A stretch of DNA of 32,000 nucleotides from Geotalea uraniireducens Rf4 (GTDB lineage: Bacteria; Desulfobacterota; Desulfuromonadia; Geobacterales; Geobacteraceae). The DNA lies in NCBI RefSeq assembly GCF_000016745.1, contig NC_009483.1, positions 2,880,001 to 2,912,000 on the forward strand. The letters are read 5' to 3'. Both the position numbers and the translations under genes were made by a program. Shown piece by piece: positions 1-6,251 of the stretch. The notes under the pieces were generated by a model that made no database searches, was not told the DNA's origin, and saw nothing but the letters and a program-made list of their open reading frames with translations. The first letter of the stretch is position 1. Every line of letters begins with the position of its first letter.

Positions 1-852
1 GCGTTCGTCTTCCGGCAACGTGTCGATCATGTCCCAGAACGGCGCTGCGAGGGCCATGCTCGCAAGTTCAGGCGTCAGGCCGTGCTTTCTTATCAAAAGG
101 TCGAGCATGTAGGCCACCACCTCGGTGTCGGTGAGCATGGTGCAGAGGTAGCCGTACATCTCCAGGTAACGCTTGTTAATGCCATAGGAGGAAATTTCCC
201 CGTTGTGGACAATGGACCAGTCAAGCAGGGTAAAGGGGTGTGCGCCCCCCCACCAGCCGGGTGTGTTGGTCGGGAAACGGTTGTGGGCTGTCCAGATATA
301 ACCCTTGTATTCTTCCAGGCGGAAGAAGTCGGCGATCTCTTCGGGATAGCCGACACCCTTGAACGCCCCCATGTTCTTGCCCGAGGAAACGACAAATGCG
401 CCTTCGATCTCGTTGTTTATGCGCATGACATGACCGACGATCACGTCCTCGACGGTCATGTTCTGGAATTCGACAGCCTCTTTGTAATCGGCAGTCTCAA
501 GCGGCTTGACGAAATAACGCTTGAAGACGGGCGGATTGGCAATGGCGGCAATGCGGCGGGTCGGAATATCCTCCTGCTGTTCGACGAAGAAATGTTCTTC
601 GAGATACTCCTCGGTCAGTTGCAGGGCCATGCCGCTCTCGTACATCAGGTGAAAGGCAAAAAACTCCTTATAGTCCGGGTAAATGCCATAGGCGGCAAAA
701 CCTCCACCCAAGCCGTTGCCGCGGTCATGCATAAGGGTGATCGACTTGATGATCACTTCCCCTTCAACCAGTTTTCCCGTCTTGGATATAAATCCGGTCA
801 AACCGCAGTTTGAAATGTCTTTCTCAAATATATGGGTCGGTTGTCTTTTCAT
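1..852 (-). CDS. Class-II (Ntn) glutamine amidotransferase, glutamate-synthase GATase-domain-like. The C-terminus runs off the window.
   Basis: Absent from the ORF track because it has no in-window stop. Reverse-strand ATG at 852-850 with GGAGAA about 10 nt upstream. The hand translation MKRQPTHIFEKDISNCGLTGFISK...HNRFPTNTPGWWGGAHPF...HNGEISSYGINKRYLE...FWDMIDTLPEDER stays open in frame to base 1. The Cys-Gly nucleophile context and the HNGEI motif are typical of GATase_2. Confidence 0.85.
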   Translation of the reverse strand, partial: MKRQPTHIFEKDISNCGLTGFISKTGKLVEGEVIIKSITLMHDRGNGLGGGFAAYGIYPDYKEFFAFHLMYESGMALQLTEEYLEEHFFVEQQEDIPTRRIAAIANPPVFKRYFVKPLETADYKEAVEFQNMTVEDVIVGHVMRINNEIEGAFVVSSGKNMGAFKGVGYPEEIADFFRLEEYKGYIWTAHNRFPTNTPGWWGGAHPFTLLDWSIVHNGEISSYGINKRYLEMYGYLCTMLTDTEVVAYMLDLLIRKHGLTPELASMALAAPFWDMIDTLPEDER

Positions 853-879
853 GAGATTATGGTTCTCCGATTAACTAAA

Positions 880-951
880 AGGTACGAGGTACGAGGATCA
901 AGAAAAAGTAGTCTCTCTTCCTCGCTCCTTTAACCTCGCTCCTACAGCCTG
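880..951. repeat. Heptad-periodic inverted repeat element between two genes of the glutamate synthase operon
   Basis: The left arm is AGGTACG AGGTACG AGGATCA. The right arm is five 7-nt units ending in CCT (TCTTCCT CGCTCCT TTAACCT CGCTCCT ACAGCCT). The reverse complement of the right arm contains CGAGGTT and CGAGGAA, the same core as the repeats at 2699-2768 and 6149-6246. Confidence 0.7.
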
Positions 952-954
952 TTT

Positions 955-2232
955 TTAAGCTACTTTCCCTTGCGGCGCAAAAAGGGTGCTGCGAATCTCC
1001 CTGGTCAGATGGATGAAGCCGAAATCGACGGCCAAAAGCTTATCCTTGAAAGGAGCAACATCGATCTTCTCCCGAATCAGCCCGGCGAAGATGCCGGCCC
1101 GGTCCACTGCGCCGACAAGCACCGCTCCCATGAGGAGATTATTCTTCAGAACGATCTTGCGATACTGGTAGTTTTCCTGGTCCTGATAGGTAAGGATTTC
1201 AAACTCCTTCTCATCCGACGGATTGGTGATCCCCATGGAGATGGTCGGCACCTTGAACAGTTCGATGGAGTTCATGGCCAGCCCCCCCGCATACCCCTTA
1301 TCCTTGCCGGCCATGGACACGCCGGCCACGTCGCCCTGGATATAGGCATCCGGCCAGATCGGCATGGGATTCTTGCTTGATGTGAAAAAGTCCCGGGCCT
1401 CGGCCACGTCGCCGGCAGCGTAGATACCTTTTGCCGAGGTTTCCATCCGGTCATCGACGACAATGCCGCGGTTGACTTCCACCTTGCTCCCTTTCAGGAA
1501 GCCGGCTGCCGGGCGAACGCCGATGGCGACGATCACTGTGTCGCAAGGAATGAAGTCGCCCGATTTAAGGGTAACACCACTTATCGCAGCCCCCTCACCC
1601 TCGATCCTGACCACCGTGTCTTCGGTAATGACATCGATACCGTTGGCTTTCATCTTCTTTGCCACGATCCGTCCGGCGGTGCGGTCGAAGGCAGCGGAGA
1701 GAATCCGGTCTGCCAGCTCGACGATGGTCACCTTTTTCTCCAGTTGGTAAAGACCTTCTGCCGCCTTGAGGCCGATCAGACCGCCACCGATCACCACTAC
1801 CCGCTGGATGTCGTAGGCCAGGCCCTTCAGTTTTGCGGCGTCATCCCATGTGGTAAAGGTAAATACCTTCTCCTTGCCCGACATGCCCTCGATGGGCGGG
1901 ACAAAGGGATCGCCGCCGGTAGCGATGAGGAGCTTATCGAACGGAATAGTATCACCTGCAGCCAGCTTCACCCGCTTTTTATCGCTGTCGACACCGACCA
2001 CTTCCGAACCAAGCAGCAGGTTGACCCGGTTCTTTTCATAAAAATCTTCCGGCAGATAAGCCATCCGCTTTTCGGTTATTGTTCCGCCGAGAAGATAGGA
2101 AATCAGGGGACGGCCATAGGCGATGTGGTTTTCCCGGGAAATAACGGTAATCGTTCCCTCGCTGTCATGATTCCTGATGCCCCTGATGGCGCCGACTGCG
2201 GCAACCGAGTTGCCGATAATCACGTAGTTCAT
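955..2232 (-). CDS. NAD(P)/FAD-dependent pyridine nucleotide-disulfide-family oxidoreductase, a glutamate-synthase-associated electron-input subunit candidate
   Basis: 425-aa ORF. N-terminal dinucleotide fold VIIGNSVAAVGA and a second Rossmann motif VVVIGGGLIGLKAAE. ATGA start/stop overlap with the upstream ferredoxin gene at 2229-2232. Confidence 0.88.
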   Translation of the reverse strand: MNYVIIGNSVAAVGAIRGIRNHDSEGTITVISRENHIAYGRPLISYLLGGTITEKRMAYLPEDFYEKNRVNLLLGSEVVGVDSDKKRVKLAAGDTIPFDKLLIATGGDPFVPPIEGMSGKEKVFTFTTWDDAAKLKGLAYDIQRVVVIGGGLIGLKAAEGLYQLEKKVTIVELADRILSAAFDRTAGRIVAKKMKANGIDVITEDTVVRIEGEGAAISGVTLKSGDFIPCDTVIVAIGVRPAAGFLKGSKVEVNRGIVVDDRMETSAKGIYAAGDVAEARDFFTSSKNPMPIWPDAYIQGDVAGVSMAGKDKGYAGGLAMNSIELFKVPTISMGITNPSDEKEFEILTYQDQENYQYRKIVLKNNLLMGAVLVGAVDRAGIFAGLIREKIDVAPFKDKLLAVDFGFIHLTREIRSTLFAPQGKVA

Positions 2233-2678
2233 TTCTGGCTCCCCTCCTTGTAAACAAGCGCCCGGTTGGGGCAGGCGTCAACACAGGCCGGGTTTTCACG
2301 CTCCGGGCAGAGATCGCATTTGTTGGCCTTCTTTTTGTTCAGGTTACGCTGCACAGCACCGTAGGGGCAGGCCATGACACACGACCAGCAGCCGACGCAC
2401 TGTTCCGTGTCGATCAGCACCACGCCGTTCTCCTGTTTCTGGATGGCGCCGGAGATGCAGGCACGGAGGCAGTCAGGCTCATCGCAATGGCGGCAGTTGG
2501 TGGAAAGGGAGATAACCCCGCCATCCCATTCTTCCACGGTACAGCGGGAAATGGGGCGAACCGGTTCATGGAGAAAGGCCTTGACCGGGTCCTTGGATTG
2601 TGAATGTTCGGTGATACAGGCCACCTCGCAGAGATGGCAGCCGATACAGGCGTCTTCTATTGAATATATGCGTTTCAT
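2229..2678 (-). CDS. 4Fe-4S dicluster ferredoxin-domain protein
   Basis: Cys clusters CIGCHLCEVAC, CRHCDEPDC, CVGCWSCVMACP and CDLC...CVDACP. The start was moved to the internal ATG at 2678-2676 (MKRIYSIED), which has a GAGGAA RBS. The track's extra 28 N-terminal codons translate the heptad repeat at 2699-2768. Confidence 0.85.
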   Translation of the reverse strand: MKRIYSIEDACIGCHLCEVACITEHSQSKDPVKAFLHEPVRPISRCTVEEWDGGVISLSTNCRHCDEPDCLRACISGAIQKQENGVVLIDTEQCVGCWSCVMACPYGAVQRNLNKKKANKCDLCPERENPACVDACPNRALVYKEGSQK

Positions 2679-2698
2679 CCTTGTTCCTCTTGAAAGCA

Positions 2699-2768
2699 GT
2701 TCTACGTTCCGTGTTCTAAGTTCTATGTTGTAAAATAACCTAGAACGTAGAACCTCGAACATAGAACG
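2699..2768. repeat. Heptad-periodic inverted repeat element (GTTCTAC-type)
   Basis: The left arm is GTTCTAC GTTCCGT GTTCTAA GTTCTAT GTTGTAA. After a 7-nt spacer the right arm is TAGAACG TAGAACC TCGAACA TAGAACG, the reverse complement of GTTCTAT/GTTCGAG/GTTCTAC units. It lies in the 93-nt gap between two operon genes. Confidence 0.8.
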
Positions 2769-2771
2769 GGT

Positions 2772-4301
2772 TTATTCTCCAGCCGGCATGACGCCGAGTA
2801 AATTCATGTCTTTTTCGGAAAGTCCCACTGCGCGCAGTTTGTAACGATTGCCGCGCAGTGATTCGAGGGCATTCAGACCCATACCGCCAAGGATCTCCTT
2901 CATCTCGTGCCCCCAGGCGTGGACAAGGTTGACGAGCTTTTCCGCACCGATCTCAGGGTTCAGTCGCTTGGCCAGGTAAGGATTATTGGTGGTGATCCCC
3001 CACGGGCACTTGCCGGTGTAGCAGCGCTGACAGAGGGTACAGCCGAGGGCCAGCAGGGTGGAAGTGCCGAGGTTGATGGCGTCTGCTCCGAGGGCAATGG
3101 CCTTTATGGCGTCGCCGGAGTTTCTCACGCCGCCGCCGACGACTATGGATACCTGGTTCCTGATGCCTTCGTCGCGAAGACGGGAATCGACCGCTGCAAG
3201 TGCCAGTTCCATCGGGATGCCGACGTTGTCGCGGATCACTTGCGGCGCCGCGCCTGTCCCCCCCCGGAAACCGTCAATGGTGATGATGTCGGCCCCTGCC
3301 CGGGCGATACCGGATGCGATGGCTGCCACATGGTGCACGGCAGCGATCTTGACCGATACCGGTTTCTCATAGTTGGTTGCTTCCTTAAGGGCATAGATGA
3401 GCTGACGCAGGTCCTCGATGGAGTAAATATCATGATGGGGCGCCGGGGAGATGGCGTCAGCACCCACGGGAATCATCCTTGTTTCGGATATCTGGTCGTT
3501 GACCTTCTCCCCCGGGAGGTGACCGCCGATACCGGGCTTGGCCCCCTGCCCCACCTTGATCTCAATGCCGACACCAGCATTCAGGTACTGCTCACTGACG
3601 CCGAAGCGACCGGAAGCGACCTGGACGATGACGTTCTTGCCATACCGATAAAGATCCTTGTGCAGACCACCTTCGCCTGTGTTATAGAGCGTTCCCAGCT
3701 CCTGGGCGGCAGCGGCCATTGCCCTATGCGCGTTCAGATTCAGCGCGCCGTAGCTCATGGCGGAAAAAATAAACGGATACTCAAGCTTCAGCTGCGGTGA
3801 AAGCTTGGTTTTCAGCGAAGGCTTGCCGCTCTTCTTATCGTGCACCACTTCTATGGAGTGGGGTTTTTTACCCAGATAAGTGCGGAGCTCCATCGGCTCC
3901 CGGAGCGGGTCGATGGAGGGATTGGTCACCTGTGACGCGTCCAGCAGCATATGATCCCAATAAATGGGATATTTGGCGGGATTACCCATGGCCGCAAGAA
4001 GGATGCCGCCGGTATCCGCCTGGGCGTAAAGATTTCTGATGTGCGCCCCGGACCACGACTCGTTTTTCTTGAAGTTTTCCTCGTTCAAGCGAATGGTGAT
4101 GGCGCCGGTCGGACAAAGGGCCGAGCAGCGACGACAGCCTATGCAGCTGGTACTGTCTTCGACAAGAACATCGTCAGCATCGATATAAGAGTGAACCTCG
4201 TAGGCGCACTGGCGAATGCAGACCTTGCAGCGGATGCACTTGGCATCGCTTCTGTCAATGTTGAACTCGTTGAATGATTCATTTACGGATTTATAAAGCA
4301 C
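2772..4301 (-). CDS. Glutamate synthase FMN-binding (GltB central domain-like) subunit with an N-terminal 2x[4Fe-4S] ferredoxin domain
   Basis: 509-aa ORF. N-terminal CIRCKVCIRQC and CIGCRRCSALCP motifs, followed by GltS-FMN-like sequence (YNTGEGGL, GQGAKPGIGGHLPG, ISPAPHHDIYSIEDL, DGFRGGTGAAP). GTG start at 4301 with AGGAGG 8 nt upstream. Confidence 0.9.
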   Translation of the reverse strand: MLYKSVNESFNEFNIDRSDAKCIRCKVCIRQCAYEVHSYIDADDVLVEDSTSCIGCRRCSALCPTGAITIRLNEENFKKNESWSGAHIRNLYAQADTGGILLAAMGNPAKYPIYWDHMLLDASQVTNPSIDPLREPMELRTYLGKKPHSIEVVHDKKSGKPSLKTKLSPQLKLEYPFIFSAMSYGALNLNAHRAMAAAAQELGTLYNTGEGGLHKDLYRYGKNVIVQVASGRFGVSEQYLNAGVGIEIKVGQGAKPGIGGHLPGEKVNDQISETRMIPVGADAISPAPHHDIYSIEDLRQLIYALKEATNYEKPVSVKIAAVHHVAAIASGIARAGADIITIDGFRGGTGAAPQVIRDNVGIPMELALAAVDSRLRDEGIRNQVSIVVGGGVRNSGDAIKAIALGADAINLGTSTLLALGCTLCQRCYTGKCPWGITTNNPYLAKRLNPEIGAEKLVNLVHAWGHEMKEILGGMGLNALESLRGNRYKLRAVGLSEKDMNLLGVMPAGE

Positions 4302-4381
4302 CTTTAAACCTCCTGGAGCCGGTACGTCGATATTCGTTATTTATAACCGTCCTGCGCACGATAAGCTTGAGGGTATCTAAA

Positions 4382-4397
4382 TGCCAAATTCGTGCCA
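4382..4397 (-). promoter_or_regulatory. Candidate sigma-54 (-24/-12) promoter for the glutamate synthase operon
   Basis: The minus strand reads TGGCACGAATTTGGCA, compared with the consensus TGGCAC-N5-TTGCW. GG and GC are at the correct spacing, about 80 nt upstream of the GTG start at 4301. Nitrogen-assimilation genes are classic sigma-54 targets. Confidence 0.5.
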
Positions 4398-4611
4398 CCT
4401 GCACACCACACGGAAAAATAGACACACCCTAACTACAACATATTGTTATTGCGTGTATATTCCCATTTCACACATTCACGGACTTTTAGTTTTCCATTCA
4501 ACCGCCCCATCACCACGCAACGCTGAGTAGTTTTAGACTACATATTTGATTACATTATAAACACTGGTTGCCGCTTTCCTGGAACCGGGTCGCGCAACAA
4601 ATTTTATGTAT

Positions 4612-4640
4612 TTGCCTTCACCGATAGGAGATGTTATATA
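4612..4640 (+). promoter_or_regulatory. Candidate sigma-70 promoter for yhbY
   Basis: TTGCCT (4612-4617), a 17-nt spacer, then TATATA (4635-4640), about 40 nt upstream of the yhbY ATG. Confidence 0.4.
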
Positions 4641-4679
4641 AGACGCTTTGCGTGAAATTAACCATTGAAAGAAGATAAC

Positions 4680-4994
4680 ATGCTGACAGGAAAACAGAAA
4701 AGGTTCCTCAGAAGTCTCGGCCACTCCCTCAAGCCGGTAATTACCATCGGAAAAGGGGAAGTAAACGAAGCCCTTGTCAAGGAAACGGTCGAATCCATTG
4801 CCGCCCACGAACTGATCAAGGTAAAGATACTGGAAAGCTGCCTGCTTGAGCGGAGCGAAGCCGCCGCCGCACTGGCAGAAGCCTGCAACGCGGAAGTTGC
4901 GCAAATTCTCGGCCGGACATTCCTCCTCTACAAAAAGGCAAAAGAACCCGTCATCGAACTGCCGTCGGAGAAAACCAAGCAGAAAAGCAAATAA
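4680..4994 (+). CDS. yhbY: YhbY-family (CRM domain) ribosome-assembly RNA-binding protein
   Basis: MLTGKQKRFLRSLGHSLKPVITIGKGEV...HELIKVKI...LLYK matches the YhbY pattern as I recall it from E. coli. The track ORF begins at a TTG at 4665. The ATG at 4680 aligns with the family N-terminus. Confidence 0.85.
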   Translation: MLTGKQKRFLRSLGHSLKPVITIGKGEVNEALVKETVESIAAHELIKVKILESCLLERSEAAAALAEACNAEVAQILGRTFLLYKKAKEPVIELPSEKTKQKSK

Positions 4995-5007
4995 TGTCAA
5001 TAAAAAA

Positions 5008-5029
5008 GGCGAGGGAAAATTCCCTCGCC
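5008..5029. terminator. Bidirectional intrinsic terminator between convergent genes
   Basis: GGCGAGGG-aaaatt-CCCTCGCC hairpin, flanked by an A-run upstream and TTCT downstream. Confidence 0.7.
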
Positions 5030-5065
5030 TTCTGCGTTATCCGATCCCCTCGCAGGGACTAAAAG

Positions 5066-5632
5066 TCAATCGTCGTCTCTATTGTGCCTGCCGTGTTTAC
5101 GATCTTCCTTCTCCCGCTTCCGATCTTCCTTCTCCCACTTCCGTTCCTCTTTCATCCGCTCATGCTCTTCCTTGCGGTGTTCCTTCGCTTCCCTGCCGGG
5201 ACGGAAATGCTTGCCGCGGTAATGCCCCTCGTCTTCGCGATAACGCCTGTATTCCTCATCCCTTATGGACCTGATTCGCTGGTACTTGTGCCGGCGAAGC
5301 CCTGGCGGAAGTCTGCTATGGGACGTTGCCACCCACGGACCATTGTAACGGGATCCGCGATACCAGGTATTCCCCCTATAGAGGTAGTAACTGTTGGAAA
5401 CATAGAACAGATCGTATGGCACCCCTACCGCAACATAGAAACCTAGAGTTGAAGGCACGATAAACTCGGGTGGCTCATCGATAACGATCTGCTGCGGAGG
5501 CGGCGCAGCAACTACAGTCCGTCCGCCGCCATTGCCGATGTTGATATTCATATCAAAACCGACATCTGCGGCCAGGAGCGGCTGGGAGCCAACAAGCATG
5601 GTCAGAACCGTCACTAAAAACACTTTTTTCAT
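5066..5632 (-). CDS. Secreted hypothetical protein with an Arg/Lys/Glu/His-rich C-terminal tail
   Basis: 188-aa ORF with signal peptide MKKVFLVTVLTMLVGSQPLLAA. GGAG RBS (gaaaggagaag) upstream. Aromatic-rich core (YYLYRGNTWYRGSRYNGPW) and a highly charged tail. It lies directly downstream of the riboswitch and terminator. Confidence 0.8.
   Translation of the reverse strand: MKKVFLVTVLTMLVGSQPLLAADVGFDMNINIGNGGGRTVVAAPPPQQIVIDEPPEFIVPSTLGFYVAVGVPYDLFYVSNSYYLYRGNTWYRGSRYNGPWVATSHSRLPPGLRRHKYQRIRSIRDEEYRRYREDEGHYRGKHFRPGREAKEHRKEEHERMKEERKWEKEDRKREKEDRKHGRHNRDDD
5100..5141. repeat. 21-nt tandem duplication inside the CDS, encoding heptapeptide repeats
   Basis: cgatcttccttctcccgcttc followed by cgatcttccttctcccacttc, with one mismatch. 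On the coding strand these encode the EKEDRKR/EKEDRKH units of the charged tail. Confidence 0.8.
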
Positions 5633-5670
5633 TCAATCTTCTCCTTTCATTTCCGCCCGGTTGGTTAAAT

Positions 5671-5722
5671 AAAAAAAAGCCGGGACCGGATATCTTTTTT
5701 AGAGATATTTCGGCAACCCGGC
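5671..5722 (-). terminator. Intrinsic terminator forming the expression platform of the GEMM-I riboswitch
   Basis: The minus-strand RNA GCCGGGUUGCCGAAAUAUCU-CUAAAAA-AGAUAUCCGGUCCCGGC is followed by UUUUUUUU (5678-5671). Its 5' arm is the 3' part of the aptamer, so the two folds are mutually exclusive. Confidence 0.7.
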
Positions 5723-5783
5723 TGTCTCCTGGAGACCCAATAGGCTTTCCGCCCCACCTTCACAGGTGGTTTAGTATTATCGT
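5704..5783 (-). promoter_or_regulatory. GEMM-I (c-di-GMP-I family) cyclic-dinucleotide riboswitch aptamer
   Basis: The minus-strand RNA is ACGAUAAUACUAAACC-ACCU-GUGA-AGGU-GGGGCGGAAAGCCUAUUGGGUCUC-CAG-GAGACAGCCGGGUUGCCGAAAUAUC. It has a GNRA-capped P1 hairpin, the conserved AAACC, CG(C/G)AAAGCC and GCCGGGUUGCCGA blocks, and a second hairpin. I compared it by eye with the V. cholerae Vc2 aptamer from memory. Confidence 0.7.
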
Positions 5784-5872
5784 CTATCAGCTGATTCGAA
5801 TTTGTTGAAATATGTAATTTTTTTATCCCATAAACGCATGGGAAGTCAAGCTAATTATCCAGGACGCCAAGG

Positions 5873-5900
5873 TTGCCAACGGGAGAAAGCATGATATAAA
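5873..5900 (+). promoter_or_regulatory. Candidate sigma-70 promoter for the small ferredoxin gene
   Basis: TTGCCA (5873-5878), a 16-nt spacer, then TATAAA (5895-5900), about 40 nt upstream of the ATG at 5940. Confidence 0.4.
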
Positions 5901-5939
5901 AGCTTCTGACACCTGGTTAAAGGAAAGGGGTAACAGCGC

Positions 5940-6140
5940 ATGGCAAGAACTGTTCGGGTCAATACCGATACATGTATCAGTTGCGGTCTCTGCGTCTCAC
6001 TGGCGCCGGAAGTATTTAAATTAGTCGATGGGAAATCTTTCGTCTATAACCCGGAAGGTGCGCCGGAAAATAAAATCCAGGAATGCATCGCCGGCTGCCC
6101 CGTAAGCGCCATTCACTGGAAGGAAGACGACGCCCCGTAG
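5940..6140 (+). CDS. Small single-cluster ferredoxin
   Basis: 66-aa ORF with CISCGLC...CP spacing typical of mono-cluster [3Fe-4S]/[4Fe-4S] ferredoxins. RBS AAGGAAAGGGG upstream. Confidence 0.85.
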   Translation: MARTVRVNTDTCISCGLCVSLAPEVFKLVDGKSFVYNPEGAPENKIQECIAGCPVSAIHWKEDDAP

Positions 6141-6148
6141 GGGCAGGA

Positions 6149-6246
6149 CGAGGTTCGAGGTTCGAGGTTCGAGGTTCGAGGTTCGAGGTTCGAGGTTCGA
6201 GGTTCGAGTGTTTTCAACGTAGAACGTAGAACATTGAACATAGAAC
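6149..6246. repeat. Tandem heptamer array (CGAGGTT x8) followed by an inverted GTAGAAC-type heptad arm
   Basis: Eight perfect CGAGGTT units at 6149-6204 plus a partial unit. Then AACGTAG AACGTAG AACATTG AACATAG AAC at 6216-6246, which is the reverse complement of GTTCTAC/GTTCTAT-type heptads. The element fills almost the whole 111-nt gap between convergent stop codons (6140 and 6252). Confidence 0.9.
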
Positions 6247-6251
6247 CGCCT

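Noticed and set aside
82-813. 243-aa plus-strand ORF (and the 100-aa minus-strand ORF at 93-395)
   Set aside because: It is an antisense or off-frame shadow of the clearly homologous class-II amidotransferase gene on the minus strand (1-852). Its composition is Gly/Val/His-rich and not protein-like.
941-951. The exact 11-mer CCTACAGCCTG is shared with 13719-13729, and both copies lie immediately 3' of a minus-strand stop codon
   Set aside because: One exact 11-mer recurrence in a 32-kb window is within chance expectation, since the number of position pairs far exceeds 4^11. The accA-side flank lacks clear heptad phasing, so I did not count it as a fourth element.
4420-4600. Search for NtrC-type enhancer palindromes or an ncRNA in the 360-bp AT-rich divergent region
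   Set aside because: I saw only short, weak repeats (TTTTAG motifs and 5-bp inverted repeats). Nothing met a standard I could defend without a motif scan.
6149-6246. Possible CRISPR array or tRNA T-arm (GGTTCGA)
   Set aside because: The repeat unit is only 7 nt, with no spacers and no cas genes, so it is not a CRISPR array. GGTTCGA resembles a T-loop, but there is no acceptor stem, D-arm or anticodon arm around any copy.
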